Shown here one piece after another: positions 25,403-34,910 of a stretch of 40,408 bases of DNA. The notes beneath the pieces were generated by a model, which did not search any database, was not told the DNA's origin, and saw only the letters and a program-made list of their open reading frames with translations. A program made the translations under genes and the position numbers. Source of the DNA: a virus (Duplodnaviria; Heunggongvirae; Uroviricota; Caudoviricetes); the IMG/VR virus record IMGVR_UViG_2529292759_000002, positions 1 to 40,408 of that record. One strand, written 5' to 3'. The first letter of the stretch is position 1. Each line of letters starts with the position of its first letter.

Positions 25403-27915
25403 TGCCAGTCGTACCAACAGTATCCGGCCGTCAGGTTCAGAGCCGTGGAGTTCAGTCAGCAGGCTTGCAGACGTTTTCTCAGCCAGGTATTGGTGATGCT
25501 TTTGTTCGGGCAGGGACAGAGGCAATTGATGTTTTTGGTCAGGCAAAACAGCGTGCCAATATCGCTCTGGCTCAGGAGGCATCTCTTAACCTCAGTCAGA
25601 TAAGCAGTGATCTGCTGAATAATCCTGAAACAGGATTGCTTAACCTGAAAGGGAAAAATGCTATTGGAAAAGGTCAGGAGTATACGCAGCAGTTTGATGC
25701 TCAGGTCGAACAACTGGCTGTGTCGCTGCCGGATGAACAGGCTCGTAATGCTTTCATGCAGCAGGCGCAGCAGCAGCGCATTCAGTTCACTACGCAGGCA
25801 GGGCGGCACGAGATAGGGCAAATAAATGCCTACGAAGAAGGCCAGTTTCAGGCTACGCTGCTGAACAATGGTAAAAATGCCGCAGCATTGTATGGCGACA
25901 ACGCCGCATACGTATTGGCTAATAAGCAAACTTTCCAGCAAATTGAGGATTACGGCATTGCACATGGCTGGAGTGACGAGCAAATCCAGGCCAAGAAAAT
26001 CGAGTTTAAAGAAGCAACAGCAAAAGCAACTGCTCAAAATGCTATTGGAGCAAACTATCTTCAGGTAAGACAGCAAAATGGCGAGTTAAGCGATACTGCT
26101 GCTGGATCTCGCCGTGCTGTAGCAGATAGTGGCTCTTCCGATCGTACCCGCGGTATACGCAACAATAACCCCGGCAATCTTGAATACAGCAAAACTAATC
26201 CGTGGGTTGGGCAGACTGGTGATGATGGTCGCTTTGCCAAATTCGAAACCCCTGAACACGGTATTCGTGCATTAGGGCGGAACCTGATGTCGTATCAGCG
26301 GCAGGGTATTGATACCGTCAGCGAGATAATTAATCGCTGGGCACCGCCTACTGATAAAAATGACACTATGTCGTATATCAAAGCAGTGTGCGAACAACTT
26401 GGCGTTTCTGCTGATGAGCCTCTCGATGCATCAAATCCTGATACCCTGAAGGCGCTTTGTGCAGCCATTATCCATCATGAAAACGGTAGCCAGCCATACA
26501 GTGATCAGCAGTTAACTGCAGGTATTAGTGCTGCGCTGGGGCTTTCTCAGCTACCGACAAAAAATAAACGTTATACCGGTGTAGCTTGGTTCGATGCTTT
26601 AAGTGAATCAGATCAGGCCAGCGTGTTGCGACAGACTGATGCACTAGCCAGACAACAGCAGGCTGAATATAAAACGATGCTCGACAGCCGGGTTCGCGAT
26701 GCGACGGCTGCGTATATGCGTGGCATTGAATTTCCTAACCCACCTGGTGAGGATGATTTTATTGCAGCTTATGGAGTCAGAGAAGGAAACCTGCGATATA
26801 CCGAGTTTAAGAATACGCAGATCGCTGGACAGTATATAGGCTCTTTCCGCAACATGCCGACAAGCAGCATTACAGCATATGTTGAGCAATTACGCCCGGA
26901 TACTGGTGATACAGGGGAGGGGTATGCGGCACGCGCAGCTCTTTATGACAACGTTGTTTCGGCTGCAAATCAGGTGATAAAGCAGCGGCAGTCGGATCCT
27001 GTGCAGTTCTCTCTTTCCTCCGGACAGGCAAAGCCTATCGACATGAGCAATAAGGATAACTTTGGACAGAGCGTTGCCTTGCGTGCTGCTCAGGTCAGTG
27101 ACCTTGCTAAGTCATATGGCACTCCGCTGACGTTCTTTTCCAAAGACGAGGCCAATCAGATCGGTGTTTTCTTTCGTGATGCGCCCGTTTCCCAACAGGC
27201 AGCATATCTCGATACCATCAGGCAGAGCACTGGTGGTGGGCAGGTGTATATGTCAGCACTACAGCAGATCAGTGCCAACGCTCCATCTGCTGCCGTTGCC
27301 GGGATACTGATGGATAAGCCAGGTGGTATTTTGGCAGAAAAAAACTGGTTTAATCCGGATGTTTCCGTGTCTCCTGAAACCGCTGCGCAGACAATTCTTG
27401 CTGGCGCGGCGGCTCGTAAAGGTACTGATGATGCGAAAGGTATTCCGATGCCTAAAGATGCTGATCTTCGCCTTGAGTTTTCTGACATGGTGAAGGATGC
27501 ATTTGCTGGTGACGCTCAGGGGGCATCAATGGCATACGAGATCGCAAAGGATTATTACGCTGGTGTGATGGCGAAAAAAGGCGTGGTATCAGGCGAAATT
27601 GACAATGATGTCTGGAAACAGGCTGTTAACGTAGCTACAGGTGGCGTGCATGACTATAACGGAATGGGGAATGTCCTTTTGCCGTGGGGAATGTCTGCAG
27701 AGCAATTCGATAAGCAGGTTAATCAGGCTTGGAATGAACAAGTTGTCGGCTCCGGGATAAAAACACCGCCTGGTCAGTATGGTTTGCAAAGTTACGGCGA
27801 TAGTCAGTACCTGGTGAAACTTGGTACTGGTTATCTGCTGAAAGATGATGGTTCTCCCGTTGTTCTTAATCTGACACAGAAACGTCAGAGATTCTCCGGA
27901 GATATTCCGCAATGA
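25402..27915 (+). CDS. Large internal virion / ejection protein with a possible cell-wall-targeting domain
   Basis: About 837 aa from the ATG at 25402; contains GIRNNNPGNLEYSKTNPWVGQ, a motif I associate with virion-borne peptidoglycan-acting domains (unverified). Confidence 0.5.
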   Translation: MPVVPTVSGRQVQSRGVQSAGLQTFSQPGIGDAFVRAGTEAIDVFGQAKQRANIALAQEASLNLSQISSDLLNNPETGLLNLKGKNAIGKGQEYTQQFDAQVEQLAVSLPDEQARNAFMQQAQQQRIQFTTQAGRHEIGQINAYEEGQFQATLLNNGKNAAALYGDNAAYVLANKQTFQQIEDYGIAHGWSDEQIQAKKIEFKEATAKATAQNAIGANYLQVRQQNGELSDTAAGSRRAVADSGSSDRTRGIRNNNPGNLEYSKTNPWVGQTGDDGRFAKFETPEHGIRALGRNLMSYQRQGIDTVSEIINRWAPPTDKNDTMSYIKAVCEQLGVSADEPLDASNPDTLKALCAAIIHHENGSQPYSDQQLTAGISAALGLSQLPTKNKRYTGVAWFDALSESDQASVLRQTDALARQQQAEYKTMLDSRVRDATAAYMRGIEFPNPPGEDDFIAAYGVREGNLRYTEFKNTQIAGQYIGSFRNMPTSSITAYVEQLRPDTGDTGEGYAARAALYDNVVSAANQVIKQRQSDPVQFSLSSGQAKPIDMSNKDNFGQSVALRAAQVSDLAKSYGTPLTFFSKDEANQIGVFFRDAPVSQQAAYLDTIRQSTGGGQVYMSALQQISANAPSAAVAGILMDKPGGILAEKNWFNPDVSVSPETAAQTILAGAAARKGTDDAKGIPMPKDADLRLEFSDMVKDAFAGDAQGASMAYEIAKDYYAGVMAKKGVVSGEIDNDVWKQAVNVATGGVHDYNGMGNVLLPWGMSAEQFDKQVNQAWNEQVVGSGIKTPPGQYGLQSYGDSQYLVKLGTGYLLKDDGSPVVLNLTQKRQRFSGDIPQ

Positions 27916-29714
27916 GTTACTTTGGCCTTAATCCAGTAAACCAGAATCAGCAGCTTGACGAAGCAGCATCAAATCCAGCTGGCTTTAACAGCGATGTTGG
28001 TTTTTTCGACAATGCTGTAGGAGCGGCATTGTCTGGTTTGTACTCCGGGCTGGTGGCAAAGCCAGATCAGTTGCTATGGGCAGGGATGGATAAAATCGTA
28101 TCCCCGATTGCTCAGTTTGTTAACGAAAACACCTCGCTCAATGACACTTCAGTTTCATACATTGCTGAGCAGAGAAAACTAGCAGAGCAGCAGGTTAAGC
28201 GGCTGACGCCTGATGCCGCGACAACCGGAACCGCCGGGCAGGTTCTTTATGGGTTGTTCGATATGGGCGGGCAGGCTGTTGTCGGTACAACGCTCGGTGG
28301 TCCTGTCGGAGGTGCAGCGGCGGTAACTTCGCTACAGGGTTTTTCTGAGTTTGAACGGCTGATAGCACAGGGTGTTGATTTCAGGACGGCGCAGGAAGCG
28401 GGATTAGTGCAGGGCATTACTGCTGGTGCCGGAACACTGATCCCTATGAGCCTCGGGTTACGTGCTGGTGGTGCGCTGGCGGAAGGTGTGGCGGCTCAGC
28501 TTGCGCGGACGGGTGAGAGTTCAGTGCGACGCGCCGCAGCAACAGCAGTACGTGCAACGCCAGATATTGCCTATGCCGCAGGTACAAATATTGCGTTCGG
28601 TATGGCACAGCGTGGGCTTACTGCAAAAACGCTTCGTGATGGTGGCTATAGCGAAATGGCTAACCAGTATGATGTGTTGGATCGACAGGCAATTGCTATT
28701 GATGCTGTTCTTGGGGTGGCGTTTGGTGGTGTCGGCAGATTTATTAACTCTCGCGGCGAGTCTACAAGCGCACCAAATTTTTCACCAGTTGATATCGATG
28801 CTGCACTGGCGGCGAATGCCGCTCATCATGCTGAAATTGATATTGCTCCTGGCGTGCCGATCAACGTGCTTTCGCGTAATTCTCACATTCAGGCTCTGCG
28901 AAAAGCCATGTCTGATGTTAGCCAGGGGAGACCTGTAGACGTTGCCAGCATTGTTGAGTCTGCATCTTTCAGTGAAATCCCTGGGCACAAGAGTCTGCTT
29001 TCTCAGGCAGTTAATGAGGCTCTGTCATCTGTAGATGATGGAAAAACGGCGCGCGCTATAGAAAATCGGTTGCTTGAAGAACAGGCCGCGCAGCTTTTGT
29101 CGCGTGGCGATAGACAGGTTTACCAGTCTGAAATCGCTAATAGCCAACGAATTATCGACAATCTCACTGAACAGCGCGCACAAATTCTTGCAGAAGATCC
29201 AACTGGTAGCGGTAAAGCTTTGTCTCGTGCTCGATCAGATAAACAGGCCAGAATTCGCGATATTGACCAACGAATCCGGCAGGCACAAGAACGCCTGGAA
29301 TTTTCCCGTAACGCGTTGGCGCCGCACGAGCCTGGAGGTCAGTTTTTTGAAGCTCGAGCAGAACTGGCACGACGACAGCAGGCAGAAAGTGAACTTAATG
29401 CTCAGGCTGTTTCATTCTATAAAACAGCAGAGGTCAGGACGCCAGACGAAGTAGCTCCTTTTGAGCCCGGTAAGATATTGCAACAGACAGAACAAAAAAT
29501 GATGGCAGATCCGGCAGGAGATATTGATCTGCGTATAGCTGAAGACTCGCTGCTTGAATCTCCGGACATGATAATCACCGTGCTGGATGATGATGGTAAT
29601 CCACAATCGCGCAGTGCGCGTGAAGTACTGGATGAAGCGAACAGGGAAAGTGAGCAGGCAATACAGGATTCCAGCCTGTTTGATGTTGCTGTGGCGTGTT
29701 TCTTGAGAGGTTAA
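27912..29714 (+). CDS. Internal virion / ejection protein
   Basis: 600 aa; Gly/Ala-rich N-terminal half and coiled-coil C-terminal half; 4-bp overlap with the upstream gene. Confidence 0.5.
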   Translation: MSYFGLNPVNQNQQLDEAASNPAGFNSDVGFFDNAVGAALSGLYSGLVAKPDQLLWAGMDKIVSPIAQFVNENTSLNDTSVSYIAEQRKLAEQQVKRLTPDAATTGTAGQVLYGLFDMGGQAVVGTTLGGPVGGAAAVTSLQGFSEFERLIAQGVDFRTAQEAGLVQGITAGAGTLIPMSLGLRAGGALAEGVAAQLARTGESSVRRAAATAVRATPDIAYAAGTNIAFGMAQRGLTAKTLRDGGYSEMANQYDVLDRQAIAIDAVLGVAFGGVGRFINSRGESTSAPNFSPVDIDAALAANAAHHAEIDIAPGVPINVLSRNSHIQALRKAMSDVSQGRPVDVASIVESASFSEIPGHKSLLSQAVNEALSSVDDGKTARAIENRLLEEQAAQLLSRGDRQVYQSEIANSQRIIDNLTEQRAQILAEDPTGSGKALSRARSDKQARIRDIDQRIRQAQERLEFSRNALAPHEPGGQFFEARAELARRQQAESELNAQAVSFYKTAEVRTPDEVAPFEPGKILQQTEQKMMADPAGDIDLRIAEDSLLESPDMIITVLDDDGNPQSRSAREVLDEANRESEQAIQDSSLFDVAVACFLRG

Positions 29715-29719
29715 ATTAA

Positions 29720-32194
29720 ATGAGACAGGAATGTATACAAGCGGTCCAGCAGGCGGCGCAGCGCACGTTAACGGCGCGAGAAATACAGAACATTGAAGAC
29801 CGCATTTATCGAAATATGCGCTCCATTGCTCGTGATGACCCGATGTCGTGGCGACAACTTTCCGAATCAGAACGGTTGTATCGTGCAGCACAATTGGCAT
29901 CTGAAGAATTACAGCGAGAAGCGACATTAAAGAAACGTCGTGTGGCTCTCACTATAGCCGCACGTCAGAGATTGGATAAATTTATCAATAGCTATCAAGG
30001 GGCTGATGGGAAACTTGGCGCTCTTAACCGTACTATTGCTTTTAATGCAGACGGTAAATCGAATTTCCTCTCTGTTGAATCCAGAACAAAAGCCACTCGT
30101 GATTATGCATTGAGTCAATTGCAGGAGGCATTTGAAGCAGTTGATCCTCGCTTTTTTGGCCTGTTTGAAGATGAAGCGGGCGTGCGTGATCTGGTATATG
30201 AAATGCGAGGGCAAAATACTGGCAATGCTAAAGCAAGAAAAGGTGCTAAGGCGTGGAGAGAAGTGACAGAGCTACTGCGCCGCCGGTTTAATGATGCTGG
30301 TGGTGACATTGGCTATCTCGAAAACTGGGGGATCCCTCAACATCATTCTATGGAAAAGGTTGGGGCGGTATCAAAAGATAAATGGGTTAGCGATGTTATA
30401 GGTAAGCTGGATCGCAAATATTATACCCGAGCCGATGGACAACTGATGAACGATGCCGAGTTGTCTGCATTTCTTGGAGAGGCTTATAACACGATCGCTA
30501 CTGGTGGGCTGAATAAGCTTACTGATACCGGAATGCGAATTTCCGGCGCACGTGCTAACCGTGGTAATGCATCACGACAGATACATTTCAAAGATGCAGA
30601 TTCCTATCTGCAATATCAGCAACTTTATGGCGATCGCTCTCTATGGGAAATCATGGTCGGTCACCTGGAAGGTATCAGTAAAGATATTGCACTGGTGGAA
30701 ACATATGGCCCAAACCCCGATCATGTTTTCCGCTCCCTTCTTGATCAGGTTAAGGCAGAAACGGCAACAGCTAACCCGAGTAAAACCGGTAAAGTCGAGC
30801 GGCTGGCGAACAACACAGAGAATCTGTACAACTTTATTTCTGGAAAGACACAGCCTGTAGCGAATCCGCACATCGCGCGATGGTCTGACAATATCCGCAA
30901 CTGGCTGGTTGCCAGCAGACTCGGATCCGCGTTGCTGTCATCGTTCTCTGATCTTGGAACCATGTATCTGTCTGCGAAGGTTACCAACCTTCCAATGAAC
31001 CAGTTATTCCGCAACCAGCTTGAAGCTATGGACCCAACGAACCGTACAGAACTTGCGCGGGCGCGCCGCGCTGGTCTGGCGATGGAATCTCTACTTGGCA
31101 GCGTTAACCGCTGGGCGATGGATAATATGGGGCCGTCAGTGTCTCGTTGGGCGGCAACGGCCGTAATGCGTGCCAGTGGGCTTACAGCATGGTCAGATGC
31201 GCACAAGCGCGCCTATGGCGTAACCATGATGGGAAGCCTGGGAGAAGTAGTGTCACGGACACCAGACCTTCGTAGCCTCGATGACTCTGATTTTCGTATC
31301 CTGAAAAGCAAAGGGATTACTGACACAGACTGGAGCGTATGGAAGCTGGCGCAACAGGAGGACTGGGGGAACGGTAATAATACGATGCTGACACCGGAAA
31401 GCATTATGCGTATCCCTGATTCAGCAGTTAAACATCTTGGTGAGCCTGAACGAGTGAAATTTGAGGCAATGCGTAAACTGCTCGGTGCCGTAACTGAAGA
31501 AGTTGATATGGCTGTTATTACACCGGGAGCACGTGAGCAACTGATAACCGGTTCTGGTATTCAGCGTGGAACATGGAAAGGTGAATTAACGAGAAGTGTT
31601 TTCCTGTTTAAATCGTTCCCTATCTCGGTTGTTATGCGTCACTGGTCACGCGCTATGGGTATGCCGTCTGCTGGTGGGCGTGCGGCATATATTGCGACGT
31701 TTATTGCCAGTACGACCATTCTTGGCGCTTTGTCGCAGCAACTTAACGACCTTGCGTCTGGTCGTAATCCTCGAGAGATGACAGGAGAAGGTGCCGCAAA
31801 ATTCTGGCTTGGTGCTCTACTGAAAGGTGGTGGCCTTGGCCTTTACGGTGACTTTTTATTGTCAGATCACACTAGGTACGGAAGCGGCGCGCTGGCGTCG
31901 ATGCTTGGCCCGGTAGCTGGTCTGGTTGATGACGTAGTGAAGATTGCTCAGGGCATACCGTTAAATGCTGTGGAAGGGAAGAGTGAGCAGACTGGTGGTG
32001 ATCTGGTGAAGCTGGGGAAAGGTTTGATGCCAGGTGCGAATCTCTGGTACTTAAAGGCGGCTCTCGATCATATGATCTTTAACCAGATGCAGGAGTATTT
32101 TTCACCAGGCTATTTGCGTAAAATGGAGCAACGTTCGAAGAAAGAGTTTAATCAGACATACTGGTGGCGACCTCAGGATGTCACTCCGCAATAA
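29720..32194 (+). CDS. Large internal virion / ejection protein
   Basis: 824 aa; last large gene of the ejection-protein block. Confidence 0.5.
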   Translation: MRQECIQAVQQAAQRTLTAREIQNIEDRIYRNMRSIARDDPMSWRQLSESERLYRAAQLASEELQREATLKKRRVALTIAARQRLDKFINSYQGADGKLGALNRTIAFNADGKSNFLSVESRTKATRDYALSQLQEAFEAVDPRFFGLFEDEAGVRDLVYEMRGQNTGNAKARKGAKAWREVTELLRRRFNDAGGDIGYLENWGIPQHHSMEKVGAVSKDKWVSDVIGKLDRKYYTRADGQLMNDAELSAFLGEAYNTIATGGLNKLTDTGMRISGARANRGNASRQIHFKDADSYLQYQQLYGDRSLWEIMVGHLEGISKDIALVETYGPNPDHVFRSLLDQVKAETATANPSKTGKVERLANNTENLYNFISGKTQPVANPHIARWSDNIRNWLVASRLGSALLSSFSDLGTMYLSAKVTNLPMNQLFRNQLEAMDPTNRTELARARRAGLAMESLLGSVNRWAMDNMGPSVSRWAATAVMRASGLTAWSDAHKRAYGVTMMGSLGEVVSRTPDLRSLDDSDFRILKSKGITDTDWSVWKLAQQEDWGNGNNTMLTPESIMRIPDSAVKHLGEPERVKFEAMRKLLGAVTEEVDMAVITPGAREQLITGSGIQRGTWKGELTRSVFLFKSFPISVVMRHWSRAMGMPSAGGRAAYIATFIASTTILGALSQQLNDLASGRNPREMTGEGAAKFWLGALLKGGGLGLYGDFLLSDHTRYGSGALASMLGPVAGLVDDVVKIAQGIPLNAVEGKSEQTGGDLVKLGKGLMPGANLWYLKAALDHMIFNQMQEYFSPGYLRKMEQRSKKEFNQTYWWRPQDVTPQ

Positions 32195-32389
32195 GGATGT
32201 GTTGTGTTTTTAATTATTTTGAGTGTGATAATTTCTGGTGGGTTGTTATTTATTGACCGCTACAAATATTTTCTTAACCCTCAGACTCAAGCTATTTGCT
32301 GGTTCATCTTTGTTGTGCAGGGAATAGTTCTTGTTGCAAGCCTTATTGAGGGGAGGCCTCTGATTTTTACTGGGTAAATAGGTGACTAC

Positions 32390-32686
32390 ATGCAAGCGAT
32401 AGGATTCATTGTTTATATCGTCGTTGGCCTTTTTCAGTTGGCAGCAATTATGGCTGGGCTTGAATCATGGTGGGGATTGCACTGGATAATTGCAGCCCCC
32501 ATTGCTTTCATCGTGAGCTATATTCCATTTGTTGGAGCGATTGTTGGTATGGTTGGCGCTGTGGATGTATGGCGGTGGGAGTGGTGGCAGGCTGGCCTTC
32601 TCTTCTTTGGTGGGATCATCTTTGCTATTGTCTGCGGTGGAATGTCATCATTTTTCGAATGGCTATCATTCAGAAAAGGGACGTGA
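32390..32686 (+). CDS. Small Trp-rich integral membrane protein (candidate superinfection-exclusion or lysogenic-conversion factor)
   Basis: 98 aa with 2-3 hydrophobic helices; located after the ejection proteins; followed by a bidirectional terminator. Confidence 0.45.
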   Translation: MQAIGFIVYIVVGLFQLAAIMAGLESWWGLHWIIAAPIAFIVSYIPFVGAIVGMVGAVDVWRWEWWQAGLLFFGGIIFAIVCGGMSSFFEWLSFRKGT

Positions 32687-32756
32687 CATGTCACAGGCCG
32701 CTTTCGCGGCCTTGTTTTTAACGAATGCCACCGCCGCCCGGGCGGGAATCCGCAGA

Positions 32757-32783
32757 CACAAAAAAGCCCGCGCTGCGGGCTTC
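32757..32783. terminator. Bidirectional intrinsic terminator
   Basis: GCCCGC-GCT-GCGGGC hairpin flanked by AAAAAA upstream and TTCTATT downstream; T-tract strongest for the minus strand. Confidence 0.7.
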
Positions 32784-32785
32784 TA

Positions 32786-33418
32786 TTAATGCAGTTTATC
32801 TTTGCTTATAACCAGTAGTCTGTGGGTATGCACATCTTTATCACTGCCCCAACAGAAATCAGCCCACTGGCTATAGAAATCATCCCATGATGTCATGAAG
32901 CTAAGAGGTCTATCTTCTTCAGAGCCATCTGAAACGTATACATTATATCCTGGGGTGTTTATAGCCCAAGAAATCATTCTTTCCCAGAATCTTCTCCCAT
33001 CGATTGTTTGTTGCTCATCAGATACAACGATCGCATATTGCTCTAGGAAGAACTGAAAAAAAATCTGAGGCAAACCATGAACAGCACGGTCATGAATAAC
33101 ATTAGGCGTACGCCATACCATGATCTGCGTACATGTTCTTTTGGCTTCGACGATATCTTCCCGAAAGATTAACTTAACCGCATACACCGTTTCTGGAGTA
33201 TCGCTGGTAGTAATCATTCTGTAATGATCGCCATTACAAGATTTTACAAGGCGATAACCATAAGGTGTTGTGAATCCCGGAAGAACGAAATCAACCACAC
33301 CTTTCGCTAAGTAGCTTTCGGTGTGACTAGTGTTCTTCTCAGACATGTTCAGTTTTCTATCGAAATCTGCTTCTGGGATAATGTATGGCATCGCTTTTCT
33401 TGTTGTATTTGTTCTCAT
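32786..33418 (-). CDS. Accessory protein of unknown function (210 aa), AT-rich
   Basis: Reverse strand within the late region; GGAGG 3 nt before the ATG; own upstream palindromic site and strong terminator. Confidence 0.55.
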   Translation of the reverse strand: MRTNTTRKAMPYIIPEADFDRKLNMSEKNTSHTESYLAKGVVDFVLPGFTTPYGYRLVKSCNGDHYRMITTSDTPETVYAVKLIFREDIVEAKRTCTQIMVWRTPNVIHDRAVHGLPQIFFQFFLEQYAIVVSDEQQTIDGRRFWERMISWAINTPGYNVYVSDGSEEDRPLSFMTSWDDFYSQWADFCWGSDKDVHTHRLLVISKDKLH

Positions 33419-33477
33419 TTCGTCCTCCCATGTTTGGCTACAGGACGCGTTTTGAAGGGAAGATTAAAAATGCTTTC

Positions 33478-33492
33478 TTACCCTTGAGGTAA
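33478..33492. promoter_or_regulatory. 15-bp palindrome (TTACCCTTGAGGTAA) upstream of the 210-aa accessory gene
   Basis: Perfect site 60 bp upstream of the ATG at 33418. Confidence 0.5.
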
Positions 33493-33565
33493 TAGTACGC
33501 TATTCACCCCCAGTCTGCAATCTGTACAGAATTATTTAAAGGCACATCCCTGTGCCGCCGTTCTG

Positions 33566-34261
33566 TCAGAAGAACCCTGCCTTGTCGTTGATGTACTCCG
33601 CGTGGGTCTGGATATCACGCAGGCATTTGCTCACACCGACGATGTAGCAGAACATGGTGGTCAGTTCCGCCGCCGCGCCCGATACGTCGTGCCCGTCTTC
33701 CTGTAACTGGTTCAGCAGATTCATCAGCAGTGAGTTCTCCGTCAGGCCGAGAACACCAGACGGCGAATGAATCAGGCTACGGTAGCCGGGCTTCAGTGGG
33801 GCACTGTAGGTTTTGTTCTCTATCTTCATCGCCTGCATTACTGCTGACGCCGTGGCGTTGGCTACCTGGTCGGCAACCATCTTTATGCGTTCTTCCTGCG
33901 GGAGCGAGTTTTTAATGTAACTTCCGGTGCGGCGGATCTGAGGAAGAACCTCACCTGTAACCCATTTACGAAAGCGGTAGGGGATAGTGCCTGGTGTCAC
34001 TGCGTCGCGGCAGCGGAGGATCAGTGTGTAGAGGCCTGACTCGGAGATGATGATCGATTCTTGCTCACCGCCAGGGGTGTCGGTTGAAGCGACGCCCTTC
34101 TCATCATCATCAAGTTTTCGAACAGCATCTCGATGGTTTGCTATGCCTATAGCCCGACAAACATCTGAAGCGATAAACCATGGCTCACCATTAATGACGA
34201 TTACCCGTATATCGGCTTGGGATTCGAAAGAAAAAATGGACGTGCTTTTTGTAGCTGTCAT
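33566..34261 (-). CDS. Bro-N / KilA-N domain antirepressor (Ant-like)
   Basis: 231 aa; N-terminal pattern IRVIVINGEPWFIASDVCRAIGIANHRDAVRKL...ESGLYTLILR typical of Bro-N antirepressors; C-terminal domain paralogous to the small upstream gene. Confidence 0.75.
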   Translation of the reverse strand: MTATKSTSIFSFESQADIRVIVINGEPWFIASDVCRAIGIANHRDAVRKLDDDEKGVASTDTPGGEQESIIISESGLYTLILRCRDAVTPGTIPYRFRKWVTGEVLPQIRRTGSYIKNSLPQEERIKMVADQVANATASAVMQAMKIENKTYSAPLKPGYRSLIHSPSGVLGLTENSLLMNLLNQLQEDGHDVSGAAAELTTMFCYIVGVSKCLRDIQTHAEYINDKAGFF

Positions 34262-34418
34262 AGTGGTTACCTTTTAGTCTGGTTAATCACCACTACCGAC
34301 GCCAATCGGTTGGTGGTGAACTGTGCAGGGTTGGCGTAACCGGCTAAAAGGACCCGGCGCACCTTTCGGTGCCCCCACACAGCCCACCATAATACGAATG
34401 TGGCCGTGCTATACGCAT

Positions 34419-34438
34419 AAAAAAACCGCTTGCGCGGT
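34419..34438 (-). terminator. Intrinsic terminator between the small SOS-box gene and the antirepressor gene
   Basis: Minus-strand ACCGCGCAAGCGGT hairpin followed by TTTTTTT. Confidence 0.55.
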
Positions 34439-34530
34439 GAATGCGCCTTTTAGTAATCCGGGACGCCAATCCCGGCACTGGATTTTGCCAGTGCTCGATT
34501 ACTATGGCACAAGAGGAGTGCGTTGTAAAT

Positions 34531-34545
34531 TTACCGCAAAGGTAA
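34531..34545. promoter_or_regulatory. 15-bp palindrome (TTACCGCAAAGGTAA) in the antirepressor upstream region
   Basis: Perfect site between the stop of the small gene and the terminator/leader of the antirepressor gene. Confidence 0.45.
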
Positions 34546-34576
34546 ATATAAGCACTCCATTTGGTGATTGCAAACC

Positions 34577-34834
34577 TTATCTGGTTTGTTTTCGTAATTG
34601 TTCGGCACAATAGTCGAGATGTGTTTGCAGATCCTGCATAGACATCTGTGAGCTGGTGACGTAGTTAATCAGTGCAGTCAGTTCGGCAAGTGGGCCATCG
34701 ACATTAAATCCATCCTTATCGAGATCCCGGAGTAATTTCATCAAGTGCGATCCCTCCACCAGTGACCTGACGCCTCCCGGCGTGTGAATCCTTTCGGTAA
34801 ATCCGTCTTCCAGTGGATAGTGATACTGCTGCAT
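34577..34834 (-). CDS. Small protein (85 aa) homologous to the C-terminal domain of the downstream antirepressor; SOS-box-preceded
   Basis: Start taken at the internal ATG (MQQYHYPLEDG...) because a LexA-type box and a palindromic site lie inside the longer ORF; GGAG Shine-Dalgarno 8 nt upstream; shared pattern IH.P.GV..L.E.S.LM.LL..L..DG..V.G...ELT...Y...L.D.QTH..Y with Ant residues about 155-225. Confidence 0.6.
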   Translation of the reverse strand: MQQYHYPLEDGFTERIHTPGGVRSLVEGSHLMKLLRDLDKDGFNVDGPLAELTALINYVTSSQMSMQDLQTHLDYCAEQLRKQTR

Positions 34835-34853
34835 CTTATCTTCTCCATGCAAT

Positions 34854-34873
34854 AACTGTATATTTATACAGTA
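34854..34873. promoter_or_regulatory. LexA (SOS) box
   Basis: AACTGTATATTTATACAGTA: CTGT-N8-ACAG with AT-rich spacer, 18/20 to the E. coli consensus; about 22 bp upstream of the small gene start. Confidence 0.75.
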
Positions 34874-34910
34874 GCAAATAATTTGTTTGCTATCCAGCAC
34901 GTTTTGCAAA

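Noticed and set aside
32195-32389. Possible extra palindromic site at TTTACTGGGTAAAT upstream of the membrane-protein gene
   Set aside because: Spacing and half-sites do not fit the TTACC-N5-GGTAA pattern; a similar near-match upstream of the tailspike (TTTCCAGGTAAT) was also discounted.
34323-34613. Two overlapping ORF-track frames (plus 96 aa, minus 88 aa) in the antirepressor leader region
   Set aside because: They run through hairpins and a terminator, and lack start contexts; the region is better explained as structured non-coding RNA or leader.
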